Shown in pieces: positions 27,477 through 36,790 of a stretch of 43,058 bases of DNA. How positions within the stretch are numbered: the stretch's first letter is position 1; each line of letters begins with the position of its first letter. Below the pieces are notes generated by a model. The model ran no database searches. It saw only the letters and a program-made list of their open reading frames with translations, and had not been told where the DNA came from. The stretch lies in the sequence record DRR378314_919. One strand, written 5' to 3'. A program made the translations under genes and the position numbers.

Positions 27477-28493
27477 ATGCTTATAAAGATTGCCAAACCG
27501 AGTGATTTACACGAATCCGATGTAACACCGGAATCTATTTACCTCTCCCGGCGGCGCTTTATGGGCGGCATGGCGGGTTTAGGCGCGGGGCTTGCCCTCT
27601 CCGGCCATGTCCGCGCCAGCGAAGATTATGCTGATGTGCCAGAAGGCGATGCCCCAGCCTGGCTGAGGGAAAAAATCAGCGACACCCAATGGCGAGCTAT
27701 CACCCCCAGCGACCCTGATAAAGATAAAATCGCCCCTTTTGACGATGCCAGCGGCTACAACAACTTTTTTGAGTTTGGCACCGATAAACGCGATCCCGCC
27801 CGTCATGCAGGCAGCCTGGAAACCCAGCCCTGGAGCGTGGTGGTCGATGGTGAAGTGAATAACGGCGGGCGCTTTGCCCTAGAAGACTTCGCTAAGCCTG
27901 CGCAGTTTGAAGAGCGCATTTACCGCCTGCGCTGCGTAGAGGCGTGGTCGATGGTGATTCCCTGGCTTGGTATCCCCCTTGCGGAGGTGATTCGACGTGC
28001 CGATCCCACCAGCAAAGCCAAGTACGTGCGTTTTGAAACCCTGGTGGACCCAGAGCAAATGCCTGGCCAGCGCTCTTCGTTCTCGATAATCGACTGGCCT
28101 TATGTGGAAGGTTTACGCCTAGACGAGGCTATGAACCCGCTAACACTGCTCGCCATGGGCATGTATGGCCGTGAACTGCCCAACCAGAACGGCGTACCCT
28201 TGCGGCTGGTAGTGCCCTGGAAGTATGGCTTCAAAAGCATTAAATCGATTGTGCGTATCTCACTGGTGGAAGAGCAGCCGGTCAACTCCTGGCAGAAAAT
28301 CGCCGCTGATGAGTATGGCTTCTACGCCAACGTTAACCCACAAGTTGACCACCCACGCTGGAGCCAAGCCACCGAGCGGCGGCTTCCCAACAGCCTGTTC
28401 AACGCTAATACCATTGATACCCAGATGTTTAACGGCTATGCCGACGAGGTCGCCGAGCTATATGCTGGCATGGATTTAAGGAAGCACTACTAA
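27477..28493 (+). CDS. msrP: Periplasmic protein-methionine-sulfoxide reductase, molybdopterin subunit
   Basis: Tat motif SRRRFM; NNFFEFG, RLRCVEAWSM, PWKYGFKSIKSI, EYGFYANVNP. Confidence 0.97.
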   Translation: MLIKIAKPSDLHESDVTPESIYLSRRRFMGGMAGLGAGLALSGHVRASEDYADVPEGDAPAWLREKISDTQWRAITPSDPDKDKIAPFDDASGYNNFFEFGTDKRDPARHAGSLETQPWSVVVDGEVNNGGRFALEDFAKPAQFEERIYRLRCVEAWSMVIPWLGIPLAEVIRRADPTSKAKYVRFETLVDPEQMPGQRSSFSIIDWPYVEGLRLDEAMNPLTLLAMGMYGRELPNQNGVPLRLVVPWKYGFKSIKSIVRISLVEEQPVNSWQKIAADEYGFYANVNPQVDHPRWSQATERRLPNSLFNANTIDTQMFNGYADEVAELYAGMDLRKHY

Positions 28494-29101
28494 TGGCTGC
28501 GCCACGGGTATGGTTACTGTGGCGGGTAGGCGTTTTCCTGGCGGCGCTCGCGCCGCTGGTGTTCTGGGGCTGGCAGGTAGCGATTAACGCCGCAGGCCCC
28601 GAGCCGGGCAACTACCTACTGCTGAACATCGGCATTGGCGGGCTATGGATGCTGCTGCTCACGCTAAGCCTTACGCCGCTCACCAAGCTCACCCGCTGGA
28701 AGGGTTTTGCATTGATCCGCCGTCAGCTTGGTCTGTGGACACTCGCCTACGCTACCCTGCATATGCTCAGCTATGCGCTGTTTATTCTAGGGCTTAACTG
28801 GGCACTGTTGGGTAGCGAGCTGGTCAAACGGCCCTACATCATTGTCGGCATGATCGCACTGATCGGCCTTGCCGTATTAGGGGCGACCTCTAACAAATGG
28901 TCGATGCGCCGCTTAGGTAAACGCTGGAAGCCGCTGCACAAATTTGCCTATGTCATTTTAGGCTTGGTGCTACTGCACTTCTTCTGGGTAGTGCGCGCCG
29001 ACATGCAAGAGTGGGCTATGTATGCCGCCATTGCTGCACTAGTTATGGCAACCCGCCTACCACCCGTCGCTCGCACACTGCCAAGACTACGCCATTTATA
29101 G
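28493..29101 (+). CDS. msrQ: Heme-binding membrane subunit of the Msr system
   Basis: RRQLGL..Y..LH, KRPYI, WKPLHKFAY, LLHFFW; coupled to msrP. Confidence 0.95.
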   Translation: MAAPRVWLLWRVGVFLAALAPLVFWGWQVAINAAGPEPGNYLLLNIGIGGLWMLLLTLSLTPLTKLTRWKGFALIRRQLGLWTLAYATLHMLSYALFILGLNWALLGSELVKRPYIIVGMIALIGLAVLGATSNKWSMRRLGKRWKPLHKFAYVILGLVLLHFFWVVRADMQEWAMYAAIAALVMATRLPPVARTLPRLRHL

Positions 29102-29153
29102 CGTTTTAGCGGAGCAACTGCCCAATCGTTATTTGACCGCTCACATCACTCAT

Positions 29154-30026
29154 TTAGCCGCCTCGGGTGCCCACAAGCTGTTTGAGAACACGCGATTCCA
29201 GCACAAAGGGAACGGACATATGATCTTCGCCCTCCACGGTGTGAAAACTGCTACGCAAACCGTATGCCGACAATGCTTCAATCCGCTGGTATAGCTGACT
29301 AGCATCCTGCTGGTTCTGCAGTGAGTCGTTATCAGCGACGACCAATGACAGACTGTGATGGATAGCATTTACCTCTCCGGCTTCTACCTGCTGCCTAAAG
29401 TCACGTTCATGTTTCAATAGGTAGCTATTGTTCCACCAGAGACTAGGGCTGGCCGCGACAATGTGGTTAAACAGATCCGGCCGAGTAAATAAGGCATAAA
29501 TCGCAAACATACCACCGAACGAGTGCCCATAAAGGCTCTGGTGATTAGCATCTACAGGAAAACGCTCGGCGACCGCCGGCATTAGGCTGTGCTCGATAAA
29601 ATCCAGCAGTTCATCCTGCCCGCCTTGAGGTGGTTCGTTGTGTTCCTCGGCCACCGGCGGAGATAAATCGTAGGAGCGGCGCAAGAAGTTATGCGGCGCT
29701 TCACCCGGATAAGCAATACCAACGATAATGGCTTGGCGGAACTGCTCTTGTGCCCGCTTGGCCTCATGCAAAGAGGCGAAATAAGCGTTGCCATCCAACA
29801 CATAGATCACCGGGTAACCGCCGCTGTAGGGCACCTCGCCTTCCGGTTTGCTGATCAGGATACGATAAGACGCCCCTTGCTCATTTTGCATTGCCCACTC
29901 AAGCGTCTGATCAAGGGTCACTTGACGTTCGGCCGTAACTGGCGACGCATGTGCATGCGTTGCTTGCCCTAAGACAGCCATTAAAGCCAGCCCGGTAAAC
30001 ACGAATATTCTGACGGATAATTGCAT
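29154..30026 (-). CDS. Periplasmic IroE/BesA-like siderophore esterase
   Basis: Signal peptide; YPVIYVLDGN, RRSYDLSP, GHSFGG, ASPSLWW, GEDH. Confidence 0.85.
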   Translation of the reverse strand: MQLSVRIFVFTGLALMAVLGQATHAHASPVTAERQVTLDQTLEWAMQNEQGASYRILISKPEGEVPYSGGYPVIYVLDGNAYFASLHEAKRAQEQFRQAIIVGIAYPGEAPHNFLRRSYDLSPPVAEEHNEPPQGGQDELLDFIEHSLMPAVAERFPVDANHQSLYGHSFGGMFAIYALFTRPDLFNHIVAASPSLWWNNSYLLKHERDFRQQVEAGEVNAIHHSLSLVVADNDSLQNQQDASQLYQRIEALSAYGLRSSFHTVEGEDHMSVPFVLESRVLKQLVGTRGG

Positions 30027-30057
30027 GACTAGTTGTCCCCGCGACGCTGCTGCTTAA

Positions 30058-32469
30058 TCACCATTTGTATGAGAGGCTGCCAATCAGGCTGCGCCCAGCA
30101 CCGCGATAGCAATAGATGCCCTCGCAGGAGATATGCTCTTCGTCCGTTACGTTAGTGGCGTTGAGGCTGGCACGAACTCCCTGAAAAGAGCCCGCGAAAT
30201 CATAGTGAGCCGCCATATCAATCAGGCTGTATCCAGCGTTTTTATTGCTGTTGGCGTTATCAATGTACTCACTCCCGGTGTAGCGCACGCCACCGGAAAG
30301 ATGCAGTCGTTCCAACGCAGGAACGCGATAATCCACCCAAAGGGACGCCAGATGGCGTGGGGTATTCGCCAAGTCACTCCCCTCGTTGCCATCGTTATCT
30401 ACGGTGATTTCGCTGCGGTTATAGTTGTAACTTGCGGTCATGCGCAGGTTATCGGTGACATTCCCAACAGCCTCAAGCTCCAACCCACGGGTTCGCACCT
30501 CTCCGGTTTGGATTTGAAACAGCGGGTTGTCCAGATCGGTGGTTTTGCGGTTGGTTTCATCAATCTGGTAGATCGCCGCAGTCAACATTGCGTTACTACC
30601 TGCTGGCTGGTATTTCACTCCCAGCTCAAACTGCTCACCCTCGGTGGGGTCAAAGTCATTGCCGCTGGCATCGGTGCCGCTCTCCGGCAAGAACGACTGC
30701 GCATAGCTAAAGTACGGTGATAGCCCTGAATCGAACGCATAAAGTGCGCCAAAACGCCAAGTGTTCTGCTCATCTTGGCTTTCGCTGGTAGTACCAGTGA
30801 GGTTGTTGCGAGTCTCGTCCTGCACCCAATCGCGACGCAGACCTGCGGTCAAACGCCAGTTATCGAGGTTAATCTGATCCTGTAAATAAAGGCCTCTACG
30901 ATGGTTTTTACCACTGTCGTTGGTCCAAACGTTACTCGGCTGAGCGACAGGCTGACTATAATCCGGGTTGTCGATATCGATTGACGGCGCGCTGCCGCCC
31001 GCATAAATAACATCGTTCTCAAGATAGGCGTAATCGACGCCTAACATCACCTGGTGCTCCACCGCGCCCTGATCTAAGGTCGCCATCAGCCGGGTGTCGG
31101 TGCTAAGCGACTCCATCTCTTCGTAAAGGCCGACACTGCTGCGGCTTAGTGTTGTACCGGCTAAGGTACCTGCGGAAAGGTACTGGTTAGTGGCATCTAC
31201 CTGACCGTAGCGTACATTTTGCTGCAGCTGCAGTTGGTCACTCCAACGGTGGTTAAATTCATAGCCCAGTGCCCACTGCTGTTGATCCAGCTTGTCGTAG
31301 TCTTCATCGCCAGCCCAAAAATGGGTCAGGTTATCGCCGTCCTGATAAGGGCGCGGTGATGCGGAGGTCTGGCGCTCCTGGTACTGCGTAATAAAAGTAA
31401 TGTCGGTACGTTCGCTCATCTGCCAATGGAGAGTGGGCGCCAGCAGGGTGACATCATTATCCACCTGTTCGATATCTGTTTGTGCATCGCGCATAACACC
31501 CACCAAGCGGTACTGCACATCGCTACCTATATCTCCTCCCACATCGAACTGGCCTTGCAGATGGTCATGACTCCCGACCTGTAGCTGCACTTCCTTCGTC
31601 GCATCTGCCTGCGGACGTTTGCTGACCCGGTTCACCAGCCCACCGGGTGAAAGCTGACCATAGCGCATCGAATCGGGGCCTTTAACTACCTCAATGCGCT
31701 CCAGGTTATAGGGCACAGTGGAATAGTAAGAGAGCCAGCCACTATTGGGTTGGCGCAAGCCATCAAGAAAATCGCCATGATATACCGTCGGAAACCCCCT
31801 CACCGAGATCAAGTCAAAGCGCGGGTCCATCCCCGACGCTTCCACTCGAACCCCAGCCGTATAGGCCACCGCCTGCTCTACGGACAACGGCTGGCGGTCA
31901 CGAAGCTGCTCTGCGGTGACCACACTGATGCTTTGCGCAAGCTCTATCAGCGGTGTATCGGTTTTGCTACCTGCCGAGGTGCTAAAGGCCAAATAACCAT
32001 CACTAGCGATTCGGCTACCCACCACTTCGACGGTATCCAACACCATGTTTTCTGCGCTAGCCGCTTTTTCCATGACATAGTCCGCAGGCCCCCGCTTGAC
32101 CACTTTCAAACCACTGCCCTGCAGCAACTGGGCGAATCCCTCTTCCACACTATAACGTCCATGCAATCCAACGCTTTGCAGGTCTTCAGTGAGATAAGCA
32201 GAAAAAGACAACACAACGCCCGCATGACTAGCGAACTGGCTCAATACACTGCCCAGTGCCCCCGGTTCGATGTTGTATGCCTGTTGGCTAGCAGCCTGTT
32301 GTGCCCGTCCGTCCGCTGTTTGCGCCTGCGCTGCCTGAATAGGCAACAACACCATCGAACTCATCAGGGCGCAGCCCAGGGCGATGCCGCCAAGCGCACG
32401 CGTGGGTTTGCCATCATGGTGGTATCGAAGTGGTATGAGTGTCTGCTTGGGGTTAAAGGGTGTGGTCAT
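30058..32469 (-). CDS. TonB-dependent siderophore transducer with an N-terminal signalling domain (FhuA/FoxA-like)
   Basis: STN-like domain; KTDTPLIELAQSISVV; LERIEVVKGP..YG...PGGLVN; PTEGEQFELGVKYQP; C-terminal W. Confidence 0.92.
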   Translation of the reverse strand: MTTPFNPKQTLIPLRYHHDGKPTRALGGIALGCALMSSMVLLPIQAAQAQTADGRAQQAASQQAYNIEPGALGSVLSQFASHAGVVLSFSAYLTEDLQSVGLHGRYSVEEGFAQLLQGSGLKVVKRGPADYVMEKAASAENMVLDTVEVVGSRIASDGYLAFSTSAGSKTDTPLIELAQSISVVTAEQLRDRQPLSVEQAVAYTAGVRVEASGMDPRFDLISVRGFPTVYHGDFLDGLRQPNSGWLSYYSTVPYNLERIEVVKGPDSMRYGQLSPGGLVNRVSKRPQADATKEVQLQVGSHDHLQGQFDVGGDIGSDVQYRLVGVMRDAQTDIEQVDNDVTLLAPTLHWQMSERTDITFITQYQERQTSASPRPYQDGDNLTHFWAGDEDYDKLDQQQWALGYEFNHRWSDQLQLQQNVRYGQVDATNQYLSAGTLAGTTLSRSSVGLYEEMESLSTDTRLMATLDQGAVEHQVMLGVDYAYLENDVIYAGGSAPSIDIDNPDYSQPVAQPSNVWTNDSGKNHRRGLYLQDQINLDNWRLTAGLRRDWVQDETRNNLTGTTSESQDEQNTWRFGALYAFDSGLSPYFSYAQSFLPESGTDASGNDFDPTEGEQFELGVKYQPAGSNAMLTAAIYQIDETNRKTTDLDNPLFQIQTGEVRTRGLELEAVGNVTDNLRMTASYNYNRSEITVDNDGNEGSDLANTPRHLASLWVDYRVPALERLHLSGGVRYTGSEYIDNANSNKNAGYSLIDMAAHYDFAGSFQGVRASLNATNVTDEEHISCEGIYCYRGAGRSLIGSLSYKW

Positions 32470-32510
32470 CGTTATCTCGTCAATTCCAGAATCGGTTGCT
32501 TTATCTCTGG

Positions 32511-32537
32511 GTCGAACGAGATCGAAAAAGGGACAAT
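32511..32537 (-). promoter_or_regulatory. FecI-type sigma-dependent promoter element upstream of the receptor
   Basis: Minus strand ATTGTCCCTTTTTCGATCTCGTTCGAC resembles the E. coli fecA promoter region as I recall it (ATTGTCCTTTTT...TCTCGTTCGAC). Confidence 0.6.
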
Positions 32538-32552
32538 AAATAATCCAACTTT

Positions 32553-33527
32553 TTATTCGCTAGGTTTTAGGGTTACCCAATATTGGGTCAAGCGGTCGAC
32601 GCTAACCGGCAACGCATTGGCAATGGCTTGGAGCGCCCGGTCGATATCATCAATAGGGAAAGCGCCTGACACTCTCAACCCAGCAATAGAGGGGGCACAG
32701 CGCAGTACACCTGTGCGATACCGGCTCAGCTCTGCTACCAAACGGCTCAGTGGCCAGTCCACCGCCACCAGTAGACCACGTGTCCAGCTATCCGCCTGGG
32801 CGTTGGCGGTGGCCACTTCCACATTAACCGAGCTCATCTGCGCCTGCTGTCCGGCGACAAGACGTTGCGTCTCACCACCCGCCGACTGCGGAATCAACTC
32901 GACCTGATCTTCTAACACGGTAACCTGGGTCGACGTATCCAGCTTGCGCACGGTAAACACGGTGCCCAACGGCACCACAGCGCCCTGCTCGGTATGCACT
33001 TGAAGCGTTTTGGCAGCAGTCACGTTTCCAGTTCCATTCCGCGTGCGAATAAAGATTTCGCCTGCATAGAGGCGAATCAACCGGGAGGTCGAGGTTTCCA
33101 CTACATCCAGTGCGGTGGCGGTATTGAGCACCAGTTGGGTACCGTCCGCTAGCGTATATTGGCGACGCTCGCCCCGAGCGGTGCGATAGCTGGCCATCCA
33201 GCTTTCCACTGGTGCCTGCTGCCAAGCCAACGAGCCCAGGGCGCCTCCTACTGCCAACAAGGCAAAGCCGCGCAGCACGGCTCGCCGGCTATGACTCTGG
33301 CGTTGTTTGATCTGCAACGCATTGAGCGAAAGAGTGCCAGGCATCACCTGCAATTGCTGACGCAGTTTTTCTACCTGCTGCCAAGCCTGAACATGATCCG
33401 GATCCGCTTCCAACCAAGCATTATGTGCCTGTTTTTGCTGCTCAGTAACATCCTCCGAGCACAGCAGTGCGTACCAGCGGGCAGCCGCTCTGAGGGTATC
33501 TTTGCGGGCTGACTGGGTATCGCTCAT
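32553..33527 (-). CDS. FecR-family anti-sigma/transmembrane sensor
   Basis: AAARWY, SRRAVL, YRTARGE, LADGT..LNTATA, VSGAF; ATGA overlap with the sigma gene. Confidence 0.93.
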   Translation of the reverse strand: MSDTQSARKDTLRAAARWYALLCSEDVTEQQKQAHNAWLEADPDHVQAWQQVEKLRQQLQVMPGTLSLNALQIKQRQSHSRRAVLRGFALLAVGGALGSLAWQQAPVESWMASYRTARGERRQYTLADGTQLVLNTATALDVVETSTSRLIRLYAGEIFIRTRNGTGNVTAAKTLQVHTEQGAVVPLGTVFTVRKLDTSTQVTVLEDQVELIPQSAGGETQRLVAGQQAQMSSVNVEVATANAQADSWTRGLLVAVDWPLSRLVAELSRYRTGVLRCAPSIAGLRVSGAFPIDDIDRALQAIANALPVSVDRLTQYWVTLKPSE

Positions 33528-34048
33528 AGCGATTCTTCGCACATCAACAGCAGGCAATGTTCAGTCGCCTTGGCCATGTACTTTTTCACCGAGCTGACGG
33601 ATACCCCCAAGCGTTCGGCGATCTCGGCATAACGCAGCCCCTCCAAATGGCAGAGCAAAAATGCCTGGCTTACCTTGTTGCCTAACCCTTCCAACATTTC
33701 ATCAATCTGCAACAGGGTTTCCAGAATCAAGGCCTGCTCTTCTGGCGAGACAACCACCGGCTCAGGTTGCTGCTTCAAGGCTTCCAACCAGGCTTTTTCC
33801 AATGCATCCCGACGCACAAAGTCCACCCATACCCGGCGGGCGATGGTGGTCAGAAAGTTACGTGGCTCATGCAGTTTGCTAATTTGGGAGGAATTACTTG
33901 GAGAGGAGAGAATGCGCAGGAAGGTATCCTGAGCCAGATCAGCCGCCTGCCAGCTACAGCCCGTTTTGCGCTGCAGCCAACGCTGCAACCAGCCATGATG
34001 TGCATTATACATCTCGGCCAATGGCGTATTCTCAGCTGAAACAGGCAT
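33524..34048 (-). CDS. FecI-family ECF sigma factor
   Basis: HHGWL, AADLAQDTFLR, SPEEQ, GLRYAEIAERLGVSVSSVKKY. Confidence 0.94.
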   Translation of the reverse strand: MPVSAENTPLAEMYNAHHGWLQRWLQRKTGCSWQAADLAQDTFLRILSSPSNSSQISKLHEPRNFLTTIARRVWVDFVRRDALEKAWLEALKQQPEPVVVSPEEQALILETLLQIDEMLEGLGNKVSQAFLLCHLEGLRYAEIAERLGVSVSSVKKYMAKATEHCLLLMCEESL

Positions 34049-34102
34049 TCCCCCTCCGATAAACGATCAGCAAACGGAGGGATATTCTAATAACAGCTAT
34101 CG

Positions 34103-34121
34103 GTTAATACAAATCATTATT
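34103..34121. promoter_or_regulatory. Fur box upstream of the FecI-like gene
   Basis: GTTAATACAAATCATTATT matches GATAATGATAATCATTATC at 14 of 19 positions. Confidence 0.65.
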
Positions 34122-34988
34122 ATTTTCTTTAAGAATACTATCGCCCTCACTAGCGGCGATCCATTCATGAAAGGACCTCTCCTCGGCGTCGCTCCCCTTG
34201 AGGGCATAATAAACCAGCCGTAAGTGGCGCTCTTCATCAACGGTTAACGTCGTGTGCTCGAACGCCACCTCGCCCAGCTCCTCAAGGTAAAGATGACGCA
34301 CTCCCTGGCAAGGGGCGTTGACCTCCTGGGTTTTCCACACCAGCTTAAACTCAGGCGAAACCTTGGTTAACTCTTCGACAAGCTCATCAATGGAGGGGTC
34401 TTGCGCCGCACGGGCAAAGTCGCGCCGAAAGCTGGAGAGCATTTGGCTGACCTGCGCTTCCCAGGGTGATAAGCGCTGACGCATACCAGGGTCGGTAAAT
34501 AGCAGCCACAGCAGATTGCGGCGCTCAGGCACATGGGACGAGAAGTTGAACAGCTTATCGGCGGCACCGTTCCACGCCAGCACATCCCAGCGTAAGTTAA
34601 GAATATACGCAGGTCGTGTCGGCAAATCGTCCATCAACGTTTGGATCAGCGGTGGCACGCTGCACCAGGTTTTGCCTAGCTCAGAGGGTAACCGCTGATG
34701 AGTCAATAAGAACAAATGGCGTCGCTCAGCCGCATCCAACTTAAGCGCTTTGGCTAGATTGTCCAGAAAAGTCGCCGATACGCTAATATCGCGCCCCTGC
34801 TCTAACCAGGTATACCAAGTCAGTCCCACGCCCGCTAAGGCAGCGACTTCTTCGCGCCTTAATCCCGGCGTACGCCTTCGGCGGCCACGAGGCAGGCCCA
34901 CCTCTTCCGGGGCGATTTTCTCTCGATGTTTACGTAGAAACTCAGCCAAGTCTTGCCGCGCTCGAGTCAGCGTCCGGGGTGCAGTCAT
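34104..34988 (-). CDS. MmyB-family XRE regulator
   Basis: RRRTPGLRREEVAALAGVG.TWYTWLEQGR; WDVLAWN; RNLLWLLF. Confidence 0.93.
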   Translation of the reverse strand: MTAPRTLTRARQDLAEFLRKHREKIAPEEVGLPRGRRRRTPGLRREEVAALAGVGLTWYTWLEQGRDISVSATFLDNLAKALKLDAAERRHLFLLTHQRLPSELGKTWCSVPPLIQTLMDDLPTRPAYILNLRWDVLAWNGAADKLFNFSSHVPERRNLLWLLFTDPGMRQRLSPWEAQVSQMLSSFRRDFARAAQDPSIDELVEELTKVSPEFKLVWKTQEVNAPCQGVRHLYLEELGEVAFEHTTLTVDEERHLRLVYYALKGSDAEERSFHEWIAASEGDSILKENNNDLY

Positions 34989-35010
34989 TTTGTTACCTTT
35001 GAGAACTCAT

Positions 35011-35061
35011 CACTTCTAATAAGCTAGCACTTTTAATAACCTAGCACTTTTAGTAATAGCA
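35011..35061. repeat. Three imperfect 17-bp tandem repeats in the divergent promoter
   Basis: cacttctaataagctag / cacttttaataacctag / cacttttagtaatagca. Confidence 0.75.
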
Positions 35062-35162
35062 TAAACGGTTAAATTGTACCCCTCTTAAAGCCTCTCCAGA
35101 ATAGCCCTTCGCTGGCAGAACGCCCGGTGATTTTTCGACCCTTAATTAACATGGAGAGCGTG

Positions 35163-36326
35163 ATGGCTGACCAATCTCGTCTATCGGTATATCTAGTGGC
35201 ACTGGGTGCGTTTGCGCTTGGGATGGCCTCTTATGTAACGGCAGGGCTCATTCCACTCATTGGAGATGCCTTTAGTGTCTCTGCTGCCACGGCTGCTCAG
35301 CTAGTCACGGCATTTACCTTAGCCTATGGCTTAGGCTCGCCTGTCGTTGTTGCCCTTCTGCCCGGTCATCATCAACGCGTGGGCTTACTACTGGCGCTAG
35401 CCGTGTTTATTGTGGCCAATATCGCCAGCGCCCTGGCCACCAGTTTTATATCCCTCGCCATATGGCGGGCGGTCGCTGGCGTTGGTGCAGGGGTTTATCT
35501 TGCGATGGGCATTGCAGCCTCTGCTGCCATCACACCCGAAGTAAATCGAGGTAAAGCCATTGCGATTATTATGGGCGGCATGGCGAGTGGCACTGTATTG
35601 GGTGTACCGATCAGTCTATTGCTGGTGGAACGTTTTGGCTGGGCGTCAGCGATGTGGCTTATTTCAGTACTCGGCATCATCGCCTATGCTGGGCTTCACT
35701 CCAAACTGCCTGCACTCCCCTCCATGCCGTCACTGCCGCTTGCCCGCAAACTGGCTATTTTGAAAGCCCCGCATGCCATGGCCATTCTGGCAGTTTCTTT
35801 ATTGGGCGCCGTTGCCAGTTTGGGTATGTATACCTTTATCGCCCCTTTTATGGCGGCTACCGAGTCAGGCGCTGTTCAGCCGATTACCGGCTATTTATGG
35901 GTATGGGGGATTGGCGGCGTCGTGGGCAGCTTTCTGATTGGGCCTCTGGTGGACCGGTTTATCGGCCCTGTGATTACCCTGGCGATTATGTTGCTGCTCT
36001 CTTTAGCGCTCATTGCTCTGCCTGTCACGGCGTCGGTTCACCCACTGCTGACGTTGCTGCCTATTGCGCTTTGGGGGGCTGTGGGCTGGGCGCTGCAAGT
36101 GCCACAAAACAACGAGCTGATTCGCACGCGCCAACCCCACGGCGACGGTAATCTGGCGGTTGCCCTCAATGAATCAGCGCTCTATTTAGGCAGTGCGATA
36201 GGCGCTGCCAGCGGAGGCGTTATCTTGGCCCTCCAGCTTCCCGTTTCGACACTAGCGATGGGGGCAGGGGTTGTCGCCGCGGTAGGTGCGGCAATCCAGC
36301 TAGTCATCATACTCACCAAGCGCTAG
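35163..36326 (+). CDS. MFS transporter (DHA1, YdhP/PbuE-like)
   Basis: LALGAFALG, AQLVTAF.L.Y, RGKAIAIIMGG, GTVLGVP, LNESALYLG; GGAGAG RBS. Confidence 0.88.
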   Translation: MADQSRLSVYLVALGAFALGMASYVTAGLIPLIGDAFSVSAATAAQLVTAFTLAYGLGSPVVVALLPGHHQRVGLLLALAVFIVANIASALATSFISLAIWRAVAGVGAGVYLAMGIAASAAITPEVNRGKAIAIIMGGMASGTVLGVPISLLLVERFGWASAMWLISVLGIIAYAGLHSKLPALPSMPSLPLARKLAILKAPHAMAILAVSLLGAVASLGMYTFIAPFMAATESGAVQPITGYLWVWGIGGVVGSFLIGPLVDRFIGPVITLAIMLLLSLALIALPVTASVHPLLTLLPIALWGAVGWALQVPQNNELIRTRQPHGDGNLAVALNESALYLGSAIGAASGGVILALQLPVSTLAMGAGVVAAVGAAIQLVIILTKR

Positions 36327-36571
36327 CTCAGTTCGTATACGCCAAGTGGCTTGAAGAGAGTGGCATGAAGAGTGCCGCTTGGCGGTTGTGCATAGATCGG
36401 CCTCATGCTTAACACCTGAACAGAGCGTATTGCTATAAAGCAAGATTAGCTTACGCTTTCTATACTGCTGATTATTGGCAGTGTCAGAAGCGGTCGCAAA
36501 ACAACTGACCCTCCGAGAGTTAACGTACTCATATTGTTTCTATTATTGTTCTCCAGCTATTCAAGGATATT

Positions 36572-36790
36572 ATGGGTCTTCAGGAAATCGCTGTCGGTGG
36601 CATCCTTCTTAGCCCACTGCTGATCTATGCCCTCTTGGGCTTCATTGTCACGTTGGTGACCCGCACGCTGCTTCACTGGGTGCTGGGGCAGCATACGTTG
36701 TGGTACGCAGCGTGGTTCGACCTGTCGCTCTTCGTCATCCTTACGGCTGGCATTACCTGTGTATTTACTATCCTGCTCGGGGGTTCTTGA
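36572..36790 (+). CDS. DUF1656 / AaeX-like small membrane protein
   Basis: EIAVGGILLSPLL...W..AWFDLSLF; first gene of an MFP-FUSC operon. Confidence 0.85.
   Translation: MGLQEIAVGGILLSPLLIYALLGFIVTLVTRTLLHWVLGQHTLWYAAWFDLSLFVILTAGITCVFTILLGGS

Noticed and set aside
30133-30720. 195-aa + strand ORF
   Set aside because: Antisense shadow of the siderophore receptor.
31750-32907. 385-aa + strand ORF
   Set aside because: It is antisense to the TonB receptor and FecR, has no recognisable motifs, and is most likely a shadow ORF.
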